Below are positions 1 through 8,701 of a stretch of DNA of 35,590 bases, one piece after another. The DNA is taken from positions 1-35,590 of the forward strand of contig CAZRXO010000004.1 in assembly GCA_964604105.1 (NCBI GenBank), read 5' to 3'. Position numbers and translations under genes: made by a program. A model generated the notes under the pieces. The model did no database searches. It was given only the letters and a program-made list of their open reading frames with translations, and was not told the DNA's origin. The DNA comes from Candidatus Woesearchaeota archaeon. Lineage in GTDB: Archaea; Nanobdellota; Nanobdellia; Pacearchaeales; GW2011-AR1. The stretch's first letter is position 1, and each line of letters opens with the position of its first letter.

Positions 1-672
1 CGTCACATCTTTTGTGTAAGTTGCATTTACTCTGCTTCCATCAGGCAAACTTCCGTCTAAAATAGGCTGAGCATAAGAAATATATTTTCCGCATCTCTGA
101 GCAAGTTTCTCGACGAAACTTTGGAGTTTATTAACATCCTTGAATACAAGATTTGTTTTAATATTTCTATAAATTCTATGAACAATATATATAGGACTAC
201 TCGCTCCATTGCACTCTATATCCTCTACAAAATAATCTCTTAATAGGGGCTCTATTTCATTAAAACCTATAAAATCCCTGCAAAGATAGTAATATATTTT
301 TTTATAACTTTCATAAGAAAGGTTTATTCCAAATTCAATTGCCAGAAGCTTGAATCTTTTGTCAATATAATCCATTAATGCTTCTTTGTTCTTTTCGACG
401 ACTCTGTCAAAATCAATCATGTCATTCATAGCAGAAATTAGATTATTCTTATGTTCTCTTTCTTTTTCATCCAACAATGGCTCTTCTATTTCATAAACAA
501 GTTCATAAATTTTTGGATCCCAGTAAATATGCACAAAAGCAAATGGCGCGATTAAACAATATCTTAAATCAATTTTTGTTTTGTCTTTTATTGTTCTCAA
601 TGGAGGAATTTTTGGAGAAAAGTTTATTGGAACTTTTTGATAGTCTTGTATGCTTATTTCTTTTTCTGCCAT
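1..672 (-). CDS. Type II/IV secretion (pilus assembly) ATPase, FlaI/PilB/CpaF family; N-terminal part only, runs off the window
   Basis: Not in the ORF track. Manual translation from ATG at 672 is open to position 1: MAEKEISIQDYQKVP...FVHIYWDP...YEIEEPLL...RDFIGFNEIEPLLRDYFVEDIECNG...VEKLAQRCGKYISYAQPILDGSLPDGSRVNAT, the N-terminal domain signature of archaeal secretion ATPases. Lies directly downstream of pilins. Confidence 0.92.
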   Translation of the reverse strand, partial: MAEKEISIQDYQKVPINFSPKIPPLRTIKDKTKIDLRYCLIAPFAFVHIYWDPKIYELVYEIEEPLLDEKEREHKNNLISAMNDMIDFDRVVEKNKEALMDYIDKRFKLLAIEFGINLSYESYKKIYYYLCRDFIGFNEIEPLLRDYFVEDIECNGASSPIYIVHRIYRNIKTNLVFKDVNKLQSFVEKLAQRCGKYISYAQPILDGSLPDGSRVNATYTKDVT

Positions 673-687
673 TTTTTAATTTTTTAT

Positions 688-1206
688 TTAACTAACCTCA
701 ATATCAATTACTGTTTTCTCTCCACCATTGTTTGAAATGAAAAATTTGTAAGGTGTTGAAGCTTTAGTTATTGATTTTAACTCGTCTTTTCCCTGGTATG
801 TTATGTTATAATCTTCAGTATAATCTCTTGTTAAAGTTACTATGTTTAATTTTCCTGTTTTTTTAGTATGTATAATTAGATTTCCGTTGGGAATGTCTGT
901 TCCTGGCTCGCTGTATGTGTGCCTGCTTTCTATTTCAAAAATAATCTTATCACTTTCCCCATCTATTTTTAAAGTTCCTTTTTTTATTCCTAATTCAATT
1001 ATTCTTTGATTTCCAGGACCTCCCATTGTTAGAATAGTGGAGTCAATTTCTTTAAGCATACCAATTGATTGTTCAATAATTGATTTGTCTTGGAGCTCTT
1101 CTATTTTTGGCTTCACAAAAGAAAGAACCGCGCCAATCATAACAAGGGCTATCAGAGTATAAATCACTGTTTCAATCCAAACCTGCCCTCTCCTCTTTTT
1201 AATCAT
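688..1206 (-). CDS. Pilin-like protein with class III signal peptide
   Basis: KKRRG|QVWIE followed by a hydrophobic helix, with Glu at +5. Confidence 0.85.
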   Translation of the reverse strand: MIKKRRGQVWIETVIYTLIALVMIGAVLSFVKPKIEELQDKSIIEQSIGMLKEIDSTILTMGGPGNQRIIELGIKKGTLKIDGESDKIIFEIESRHTYSEPGTDIPNGNLIIHTKKTGKLNIVTLTRDYTEDYNITYQGKDELKSITKASTPYKFFISNNGGEKTVIDIEVS

Positions 1207-1271
1207 ATATTATTTAACAAGATTTAGTTTATAATATTTTTCTTTTACAAAAAACTTCGAACAAACTCTAT

Positions 1272-1778
1272 TTATGCTAATGATAAACAATTATCAATCT
1301 CGGATAATGAATCAGAAACTTCACATTGTTTTCCGTTAATAACAGGAGCGATTTGTATCAAGTCTGGTTTGTCAGGAAAACCCCTTGCGGTGTATGTTAA
1401 ACCAGCATTTTTTTCAGGAAGTTTCACACTTTCAGAATCTGATAGATAATACCCCAAATATGGAATAACCTGTTCTTCATTTGTTATTCTAAAACTTTTA
1501 GTTATTCCCTCTCCAGATATTAAAACAACAACTTCGTCGACATCTATGTCTCCTATATCTATTGAAAATTGAAATTCATTTGAACTAAAATCATAGCAAG
1601 TATACATACTGCCAATTGTTACTTTTTCGAAAACTCCGAAACAAGATTCTGTTTGCTTAAGTTGATTCTTTATTAAGGGAACTACAACACCCCAAACAAC
1701 CATAACTATTGTCATTGCTAATGCAATTAGAATTACTGTAGCAACAACTGTTGATAAACCTCTTTTATTTTGCATCAT
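1272..1778 (-). CDS. Archaeal type IV pilin
   Basis: NKRG|LSTVVATVILIAL archaeal pilin N-terminus; paired cysteines. Confidence 0.9.
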   Translation of the reverse strand: MMQNKRGLSTVVATVILIALAMTIVMVVWGVVVPLIKNQLKQTESCFGVFEKVTIGSMYTCYDFSSNEFQFSIDIGDIDVDEVVVLISGEGITKSFRITNEEQVIPYLGYYLSDSESVKLPEKNAGLTYTARGFPDKPDLIQIAPVINGKQCEVSDSLSEIDNCLSLA

Positions 1779-1894
1779 TTTCCGATGTTTTGTTTAATTC
1801 TTCCTTGCAAAAACTTCATATTCGTAAGAATTGAAGTTGCCAAAATTCCATCAGGAATTTTTAGCACAAGGAATTGAAAATTGAAGATTTTCAT
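1775..1894 (-). other. Palindromic intergenic element carrying a 39-codon ORF (MKIFNFQFLVLKIPDGILATSILTNMKFLQGRIKQNIGK)
   Basis: Nested inverted repeats at 1801-1873. ATG lies 4 nt after the upstream pilin stop, and TGA overlaps the next ATG (ATGA). Confidence 0.45.
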
Positions 1895-1898
1895 CTTA

Positions 1899-2363
1899 TC
1901 ATATAACAATGTCCTGTCCGTATTGTTCCTCACATATAAAAATTTTGTTTTTTCCTTCTGAGCTTCCCATTAAAACAGGAATTATTTTTATCTCATCTGC
2001 ATTGCTAGTTTCAGAATATATGTCTCCTGAAAAAGTTCCCCCTTGGTTTAATCCCAAATCAGGCCAGCTCGAAGATATTTCTTTTAAATCCTTTGTTTTA
2101 TGACTTCCATCTCCAGAAATTTTTATCTTAATGCCAAAAATTGGAACATTACCATTATTTGCAATACTTAAAGTTCCTGAATAAGAATCATAATCTGTGT
2201 CAAACTCGACATCACCACAGACGAGATTCACGTTTTTTCCAAATTTTGTTCCTTCTTCTTGAATTATATTTCGGAACCATACAAAAACAATCAATCCAAT
2301 CACCACAATCATGGCAATTAACAAAACAGTTGCAATCACAGGAGATATTCCTCTTTTTCTCAT
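1899..2363 (-). CDS. Archaeal type IV pilin
   Basis: RKRG|ISPVIATVLLIAM canonical archaeal pilin N-terminus. Confidence 0.92.
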   Translation of the reverse strand: MRKRGISPVIATVLLIAMIVVIGLIVFVWFRNIIQEEGTKFGKNVNLVCGDVEFDTDYDSYSGTLSIANNGNVPIFGIKIKISGDGSHKTKDLKEISSSWPDLGLNQGGTFSGDIYSETSNADEIKIIPVLMGSSEGKNKIFICEEQYGQDIVI

Positions 2364-2404
2364 CTTGTAATTAATATTTTCTTCTTTTTAAATCTTTTTT
2401 GAAT

Positions 2405-3850
2405 TTAACTTAAGTCTAAATTATATAACTGTTGTATTTCTGAATCTGACAGAGCTCTGTTGAATATCATAACCTCATCTATTTTTCCAGTCCAATCATA
2501 ACCATTACTAGAAGAAATTGCAAAAGATGTTTTTGTTGGGTCTTTATATGTGGCTGTGCCGCAAAGAATGTCATTTATATATAACTTAGCGTTTCCTGTT
2601 TCTGATTGTATTACAGTTGTGTAAAAATGCCATCCAGTAATATCTGAAGGAACACTACAGAAAGGATTATTCCAACTATCCCAAGTATTCAAACATATTG
2701 TTCCTGAGCCTGGAGTCCCAAAAAATAAATCTGGCCCTCCTGTTCCAGAATTGCCAATACACCAAAGCATATCTGTTCCCGATCCAGTATATGTTGCCCA
2801 TGCAGAGATAGTTACTGTTGAAGGAATGTTTATGTTTATATCAATATAATCATTACTTCCATCAAACTCATAAGCTTGTCCAAATTTTCCTGAAGTTAAT
2901 GTTGCTCCATTAACAACTCCGTCGTTATTTCCAATTTTATCAGTAGCATCACTGTCAAGCTTCCACCAAGAAATTCCTCCAAGATTTTCTACAAACTTAG
3001 TTGCATTTAATTCACAGATTCCATTAATACAATCAGAACTAGTATCACAAGTTTCACAATCTATTGTTCCTTCACAACCATCATCCCATGTTCCACATTC
3101 ATAGCCCAAACTTGTGCAAGTTTCAGGAGTGCATCCTTCACAGACACCTCCAACACAACATGAATCTTCACAATCTGAACTTGATTGGAAAGAACCTCCT
3201 TGACATTCCTCACTACTACTACAACATGTTCCTCCTAATTCAATTTCACAAAGAGGTTCACCACTAAATCCTCCACAACTCACTACCTCTTTAACTTTTG
3301 AATCCCCACAACTTACAAGCCTTCTTTTATTTTCTATTTCTTCAAATCTTATTGGAATAATTTCAATTGAATAAATTTGATTAGCCAAATTAAAACTCTC
3401 TGTTCTTTCTTCATTTGGTTTCATAGCATTTTCCTTTGTTGAAGTAAACAATATGGCATTTTCTAATAATACCTCATTGCTCTCGTTAATATATTGTGAC
3501 AAATCTATTGTTGCTAATTTTTGGCTAGAATCATTTGTAGCGTGGATAAAATATCCTGCTATGTTGAATTTTCCATTATTTTTCAGTGTCAAATCCAGAT
3601 TTAAATTTGCACAATTAAGGTTAATATCTTTTATAAATATGGAAACTCCGTCAGGGCATTCTAATTCTTCTCCTGGTAAATATGTTTTCATCCATTGATA
3701 AATAGCAACACTCATAGCCACTGCAGCAGTTATTAATAAAACATAACCAATCATTATGCTTATGCCTTTCTTATTCAAATTACCATATTGATTTCGAAAA
3801 GATAGAAATTTTTTATTTCCTGCCTTATTCTTTTTAATTTGTGATAACAT
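2405..3850 (-). CDS. Pilin-like protein fused to a Cys-rich linker and a C-terminal LamG/concanavalin-like domain (probable adhesin)
   Basis: NKKG|ISIMIGYVLLI; Cys-rich middle region; WWKLD...GKFGQAYEFDGSNDYI...TISAW...WHF...GKIDEVMIFNRALSDSEIQQLY. Confidence 0.88.
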   Translation of the reverse strand: MLSQIKKNKAGNKKFLSFRNQYGNLNKKGISIMIGYVLLITAAVAMSVAIYQWMKTYLPGEELECPDGVSIFIKDINLNCANLNLDLTLKNNGKFNIAGYFIHATNDSSQKLATIDLSQYINESNEVLLENAILFTSTKENAMKPNEERTESFNLANQIYSIEIIPIRFEEIENKRRLVSCGDSKVKEVVSCGGFSGEPLCEIELGGTCCSSSEECQGGSFQSSSDCEDSCCVGGVCEGCTPETCTSLGYECGTWDDGCEGTIDCETCDTSSDCINGICELNATKFVENLGGISWWKLDSDATDKIGNNDGVVNGATLTSGKFGQAYEFDGSNDYIDININIPSTVTISAWATYTGSGTDMLWCIGNSGTGGPDLFFGTPGSGTICLNTWDSWNNPFCSVPSDITGWHFYTTVIQSETGNAKLYINDILCGTATYKDPTKTSFAISSSNGYDWTGKIDEVMIFNRALSDSEIQQLYNLDLS

Positions 3851-4361
3851 GTTGTTCCCCTTCTGATGTTATAACAAGTATGAAATAGAAATTTTCTCCT
3901 GGTTTTAAATCAAAGGCATATTCAACCCCATTAATTTTTACTATTACTTTGCTTCCAGGGGAAACATAGGTTTCATTTAAAGGAGTTCTTCCATATAGGT
4001 GTAGTAAGTCTGATATACCACTTCCAGTTTCTATAGTAACTTCTCCTTCTAATTCTTGATACCCCAAAAAAATTATTTTTTCAGTGTTACCAAAAATAAA
4101 ATACAGCTTGTTTATTTCTCCATATTTTGAATATTCCTCAATAAAACCTACTAAAAGCCCTGCCATGTCAACTTCATCAAGCTCGTTGTATATTCCATAA
4201 TCCAAAACCTGAGCACTTTCAATTTTCAATTCTTCCCCTAAATCATAAACCTTTGTAGACTCGTCCTTTTCTAAATAATTTGAAACTGCAACAAATCCAA
4301 TAATTACCGCAATGATTATAATCGCTGCAATCAGATAAAACTGCCCTCTTTTGTTTATCAT
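3834..4361 (-). CDS. Class III signal peptide (pilin-like) protein
   Basis: NKRG|QFYLIAAIIII; first gene of the pilin run. Confidence 0.8.
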   Translation of the reverse strand: MINKRGQFYLIAAIIIIAVIIGFVAVSNYLEKDESTKVYDLGEELKIESAQVLDYGIYNELDEVDMAGLLVGFIEEYSKYGEINKLYFIFGNTEKIIFLGYQELEGEVTIETGSGISDLLHLYGRTPLNETYVSPGSKVIVKINGVEYAFDLKPGENFYFILVITSEGEQHVITN

Positions 4362-4450
4362 ATTTTAAATTATGAAATTAAGTTTATTAATGTTTTTATA
4401 CTAACACTCTTTTCATACTATTATATTAGAAATTATATATTATAAATTTT

Positions 4451-4710
4451 TGTAGACTCGGAAGTTTGCTCAAAGATTATTAAAAAGCTACCTTTATTCT
4501 TCCTCAGCTCTGCGACCCACCAAGCATCTTAACAAATGTTTAGGGCTGCTCCGATCAAGGCCTGACCCAATTCGCATCTGCAAAATCAAGACGGACAAAA
4601 CTTCAACGTCGGAACAAAGACTTTTCCAACCCATCTATCACCGACTTCCTTGCAGTCTGCCTAAAGTCCGTTTGCAAATAGCGGAGGACTAACCCGCCAA
4701 CCTGTCTACA
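4451..4710 (-). ncRNA. ffs: Archaeal signal recognition particle (7S/SRP) RNA
   Basis: GC-richer non-coding island. On the minus strand the 5' TGTAGAC pairs with the 3' GTCTACA. Alu-like loops AGTCC and GGACT are complementary. The helix 8 SRP54-binding motif reads TCAGG-CC...GG-AGCAG. A TATA-like TTTTTATA lies at 4731-4738. Confidence 0.88.
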
Positions 4711-4755
4711 TAATTAGAGAGAATTAATAGTATAAAAAACTTTAGTTTTAAAAAA

Positions 4756-4953
4756 TTCGTTCGCTCTGCTCACAATTAATTGCTACGAAATCGCAGGCGG
4801 ATTTCTCCGCTAAAGAAAACTATTAATCCAAAAAAGACTTCACATCGTTTGCTCAATCCTTATAGAATTTTTATCCTCTTAACAAATTTCCCGACGGAAA
4901 ATCCTGCGTTTAGCGGATTTGGAGTTAGTATTATTCTCGCGACAGCAAGAGAA
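4756..4953. repeat. Cluster of short GC-rich hairpins / structured intergenic element
   Basis: GCGGA/TCCGC at 4797-4810; TCCGCTAAA 4806-4814 complementary to 4909-4917; CGCAGG 4792-4797 complementary to 4903-4908; TTCTC...GAGAA at 4933-4953. Confidence 0.45.
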
Positions 4954-4956
4954 ATT

Positions 4957-5193
4957 TTAAGGAGTTAAATAATCTGCAGGATTTTCTTCAAGGTTATAAC
5001 CCGGAATGATAGGAGTATATGGTTTCAAAATTGGAACCCCCTCAACGTTTTCACAAACATATAATTCTCCATTAATATTAACAGGATTTAAGAGATTCTT
5101 TGAACTAACTTCAGAAGATTCTAAACATTGAATTTCTAATGAACTTTTATTTTGATCATGGCCTGGCAAACCCACAGCCACACAAAAACCCAA
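4957..5193 (-). CDS. Small hypothetical protein; 5' end possibly frameshifted
   Basis: 78-codon ORF with TTG start; the upstream ATGs at 5206 and 5228 are out of frame across T runs. Confidence 0.4.
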   Translation of the reverse strand: MGFCVAVGLPGHDQNKSSLEIQCLESSEVSSKNLLNPVNINGELYVCENVEGVPILKPYTPIIPGYNLEENPADYLTP

Positions 5194-5229
5194 CCAAACC
5201 CCCCATAAAAAACTCCCCCATTATTCATA

Positions 5230-6243
5230 TTAATTACCTCGTAAACTCAAAACAACCAATATCAAAATCAATAAAACAGCCAACCCAACTAACAACCAAA
5301 GCAACCAGTTATATCCTTCTTCAATTTCTAAAACTTTTTTCTCAACAGATTCATGACAACCAATTCTTTCAAGGGGTTCATTATAAGCAAACTCACATTC
5401 ATTTAAATCAACACACTCTCGAAATTTCATTCCGTTGTGGCAAGAACTCCAATCTCCGCATTCCCAATCAGGAGTGCAATAACCAACATAATCAAAATCA
5501 CTATCCCCACCACAAATTTCTTCCCCACATCCTTCTTCTAAAATTTCAAATTCATCAGATGCACTTAATGTTTCATAAACTAAATCACTACATCCAACTT
5601 TAAAATTATAATCACCAGCATTTGGAAATGAAGTTTCATAAACAAAAAGTCCCAAGCCAGAATCATAAACCATATTAAATAAATTCACATAACCAAAACC
5701 CGAATCAAAAACAATTCTACAACTTCCAGTATCAATAGGTAAACCAGTATCTGCATCAGTATAATCCGCATAAAAATTAATATCCTCTCCTTCATAAACA
5801 TTTCCAAAATCAGAATCATCCCAGATTTCCAAGTCAGCATCTTCATCACCAGCTTCTGAAATTTCAAATTCATCTATTTCTTCTGCAAGATTATAATGAA
5901 AATTATTACAAACAACCTTAAAATCAAAAACCCCTACATTTGAAAAAACATCAGTATAAGTATAAAGTTCTAAACTCGAGTCATAAGTCATAAAAGCAAG
6001 CATTCCCCCATAACCAGAACCCATATCAAATGAAATCTCGCAAAGAGCATTAGGAATAATTTGCCCATTATGGTCTGCAATATAATTCGCATAAAAAACA
6101 TTGGGTTCATTTACATAAATATCTCCAAAATCAGAATCATCAAAAATACTAAGACTTGTTTCTTGGTCTGATGCACTTACCTGCAAAGAAAACAGGAAAA
6201 CTAAAAAAATTCCCACAATCAAAAACATTTGTACTTTTTTCAT
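5230..6243 (-). CDS. Acidic membrane-anchored surface protein with two tandem ~107-aa beta-rich domains and a TSP1-like Cys module
   Basis: Signal peptide; repeated I(F/W)DDSDFG...FYA.Y...C.I.FD.G.GY...M.YDS.L.L..Y; W-x-C-G-D-W-S-x-C module; C-terminal TM. Confidence 0.85.
   Translation of the reverse strand: MKKVQMFLIVGIFLVFLFSLQVSASDQETSLSIFDDSDFGDIYVNEPNVFYANYIADHNGQIIPNALCEISFDMGSGYGGMLAFMTYDSSLELYTYTDVFSNVGVFDFKVVCNNFHYNLAEEIDEFEISEAGDEDADLEIWDDSDFGNVYEGEDINFYADYTDADTGLPIDTGSCRIVFDSGFGYVNLFNMVYDSGLGLFVYETSFPNAGDYNFKVGCSDLVYETLSASDEFEILEEGCGEEICGGDSDFDYVGYCTPDWECGDWSSCHNGMKFRECVDLNECEFAYNEPLERIGCHESVEKKVLEIEEGYNWLLWLLVGLAVLLILILVVLSLRGN
5530..6160 (-). repeat. Intragenic tandem duplication, ~321-nt period
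   Basis: TCCAAAATCAGAATCATC at both 5803 and 6124; the two translated units align. Boundaries are approximate. Confidence 0.8.
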
Positions 6244-6307
6244 ATAATTTCATGAAGAAATAATGTTTATAAATCTTTCTGTCTGATGTAATTTTAAAAT
6301 GATAACA

Positions 6308-7120
6308 CTATTTCCTAACAGCAAACAAAACAAAAATCAAAACTAAAAAAAGAATCAATACAATTCCCAAAATAGAAAACAATAAATAACTCTCTCCTGA
6401 ATCTTCTTGAACAATTGCATTTCTTAAAACCGGTTCATCACAACCCACAGCCCCAGTAGGTTTATTATAAGAATACTCACAATAATTTGTGTCCTTACAA
6501 TTTCTCGTCTTTAACCCATTATAACAAGCACTCCAATCTCCACAATCCCAATTTGATTCACAAATATCATAAAATAATCCCCCATCGTCACCGCAACAAC
6601 AATCATCCTCTTCCTCTTCTTCATAAGGCAAAGTTATTATTTCACAAGTTAAATCACAATAATCACAGGAAGAAGTTGAATTATCACACACCACACCATT
6701 ATTAATTCCATCGTCGCAACTTTCTCCTAAATCCAAAACACCGTCGCCACAAATTCCCACAGGAGGACTTGAACAATCTTCTGGACAACTTAGATAATCT
6801 TCACTTCCAGAACAAATTCCATCCCCACAATATCCAAAAGCATAATCACAATATCCTGGCAAACCAGCATAACCTGCATCACAGCAATTCCCATGACCAT
6901 CTCCATCGCTGTCAACTTGAAGAGGATTGTAAACATAATAACAATTATCATTAATATTCAAAACACCGTCGCCATCATAATCTCCATATGGGTCAGGCAT
7001 TGACATTGCAAAAACAAAACTCGCAAATAAAACAATTCCAAATATTAAGACTATGCCCTTAGTAAAAATCCTTGAAAAATCTTTTTCAAGGTACACCAGT
7101 GGTGAGTTTTTAATTTTCAT
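6308..7120 (-). CDS. Cys-rich surface protein (thrombospondin type 3 Ca-binding repeat, CGDG repeats, TSP1-like module, TM anchor)
   Basis: DYDGDGVLNINDNCYYVYNPLQVDSDGDGHGNCCD; CGDGVLDLGESCDDG; WDCGDWSAC; C-terminal TM. Confidence 0.85.
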   Translation of the reverse strand: MKIKNSPLVYLEKDFSRIFTKGIVLIFGIVLFASFVFAMSMPDPYGDYDGDGVLNINDNCYYVYNPLQVDSDGDGHGNCCDAGYAGLPGYCDYAFGYCGDGICSGSEDYLSCPEDCSSPPVGICGDGVLDLGESCDDGINNGVVCDNSTSSCDYCDLTCEIITLPYEEEEEDDCCCGDDGGLFYDICESNWDCGDWSACYNGLKTRNCKDTNYCEYSYNKPTGAVGCDEPVLRNAIVQEDSGESYLLFSILGIVLILFLVLIFVLFAVRK

Positions 7121-8000
7121 TTTTCCTCTTTTTATATTTTAATCCTATAACTAATAACCCTAAAAGAACAATTAATCCTAATGCAATCAAACCCATTCCT
7201 AATTTAGTTTTTATAAAACCAACAACACTTCCAGTAATTCCAAGACCACTACTATCTTGTTCCTCTTCTATAATCTCAAATAATTCCTCATCGTCGCCTG
7301 TCTCAACACTTAAATCAATTAACCCAGACTCTTCATTTGTTGTCGCTGAACTACTTGAAGATGAACTAGAACTACTACTTCCTCCGCCACCGCCTCCACC
7401 GCCTCCACCGCCTCCGCCACCACCAGAAGAACAAGCCCCACAATCAGTTGAACAACTTGAACATGTTTCTCCATTGTTGCAAGTTCCGTCGCCACAAAAA
7501 AGTCCTTGAACACAAGAACTTGGTTGGCCTGTACAAATATAACTATATTCAACTTCGCAAATCAAAGAACATCCATCAGAACTATTTGAATTTCCGTCGT
7601 CGCATTCTTCACCAGCCTCAATAACTCCATTACCACAAACATCATCAAGAGAAGGCAATTCATTCAATGTTAAATTTAAATTAATTTCTTTACCCCAATC
7701 ATCAGGATTATAATCAACTTTCTCATTTGCCTCAACACCATTAATTACAAAGCTCACTTCCCCAGAAGAAATACCATAACAAGGAGACACATCAGTATAA
7801 TAATGTCCTTGATTAAAATTATCATAACCAACAATATCGTGGTTCAACATTGCCTTAAGTAAATAATCTCCTGAAATTAAATTTCCATTGTAGTAGATAT
7901 TTCCATAATAAGTTACAGGAATATTCGGTGGGCACGATGCTGCAGATAAAAAACTAATTGCGAATAAAAACATAATCCCAAACACAAATTCTTTTCTCAT
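7110..8000 (-). CDS. Surface protein with myxococcus-type Cys-rich repeat, Gly/Ser linker and TM anchor
   Basis: Signal peptide; CGNGVIEAGEECDDGNSNSSDGCSLICEVE; poly-G/poly-S; ITGSVVG before the TM; basic tail. Confidence 0.85.
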   Translation of the reverse strand: MRKEFVFGIMFLFAISFLSAASCPPNIPVTYYGNIYYNGNLISGDYLLKAMLNHDIVGYDNFNQGHYYTDVSPCYGISSGEVSFVINGVEANEKVDYNPDDWGKEINLNLTLNELPSLDDVCGNGVIEAGEECDDGNSNSSDGCSLICEVEYSYICTGQPSSCVQGLFCGDGTCNNGETCSSCSTDCGACSSGGGGGGGGGGGGGGGSSSSSSSSSSSATTNEESGLIDLSVETGDDEELFEIIEEEQDSSGLGITGSVVGFIKTKLGMGLIALGLIVLLGLLVIGLKYKKRKNEN

Positions 8001-8020
8001 AAAAAATCAACAACTAATTT

Positions 8021-8044
8021 CTTTAAAAACATTATTGTCGTCGA
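8021..8044 (-). promoter_or_regulatory. TATA box with upstream TCGACGACAATAAT motif (extended BRE or activator site)
   Basis: Minus strand TCGACGACAATAATGTTTTTAAAG, 20 nt before ATG 8000; same motif at 11141-11164. Confidence 0.65.
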
Positions 8045-8087
8045 AAATGTAGTTTTATGTTATTATTTTAGGTTGATGAAAATCTGA

Positions 8088-8351
8088 TTAAACTTTGTAA
8101 ACCTCATCATGGTGTTTATATCTTTCAATTGTTACTATTTTTTTTGTTTCATTTATAGAATAAACTAAAACATAACTTCCTATATGAACTCTCCAAAAAC
8201 CTTGTAATGGTTTTTTCAAAGGTTTAAACTGATAAGGATTTTCTTGAATCTGCTTTATTTTCTTACTAATATAAATTGAACTTACTTTATCTTTTTTAGA
8301 AAGTTTTTTTAGAATTCTCTCAACCTCTTTTCTTACTTCAATTGAATACAT
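8088..8351 (-). CDS. relE: RelE/ParE family toxin
   Basis: 87 aa, basic; KPLKKPLQGFWRVHIGSYVLVYSI...HHDEVY. Confidence 0.9.
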   Translation of the reverse strand: MYSIEVRKEVERILKKLSKKDKVSSIYISKKIKQIQENPYQFKPLKKPLQGFWRVHIGSYVLVYSINETKKIVTIERYKHHDEVYKV

Positions 8352-8352
8352 T

Positions 8353-8586
8353 TTAATTTAATCCAAAATAAGAATCCCAATCGTCAACTTTTACAGTTTC
8401 CTCATTTTGAGCAGCGATTAACTCCTTAATAAATTCTGGTTTTAATTCTTCTTCTAAAAATTCCTTTCCATAAATATGAAGAACTAAGTTTATTGCCTCA
8501 CTTTTATCTCGCAGATTTTCTCGTGCTTTCACTATATTTAAAATCCTATTTGCAGGCTCATTTATATTTACTATTGCTTTTACCAT
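8353..8586 (-). CDS. Antitoxin (DUF2683-like, RHH type)
   Basis: MVKAIVNINEPANRILNIVKA...DKSEAIN...EEELKPEFI; acidic tail; directly upstream of the RelE gene. Confidence 0.85.
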   Translation of the reverse strand: MVKAIVNINEPANRILNIVKARENLRDKSEAINLVLHIYGKEFLEEELKPEFIKELIAAQNEETVKVDDWDSYFGLN

Positions 8587-8701
8587 ATTAACTTAGTATT
8601 AACATGAGATTATGGTTTATATATTTTTGGTTAGCGTTCTTATTAATTTCAAAAGGGTAACAAGTAGAAAAGTTTATATAGTTTTGAGAAATAAATTTTT
8701 T

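Noticed and set aside
477-695. 72-aa plus-strand ORF
   Set aside because: Antisense to the secretion ATPase on the minus strand.
688-4361. Archaellum operon
   Set aside because: No recognisable FlaB, FlaF/G or FlaH; the N-termini fit type IV pilins.
4451-4710. RNase P RNA
   Set aside because: No GAGGAAAGUCC P4 signature; SRP helix 8 and Alu features fit better.
7345-7425. CCGCCTCCA-type tandem repeats as CRISPR or VNTR
   Set aside because: They encode a poly-Gly/Ser linker and have no spacers. No CRISPR array was seen anywhere in the window.
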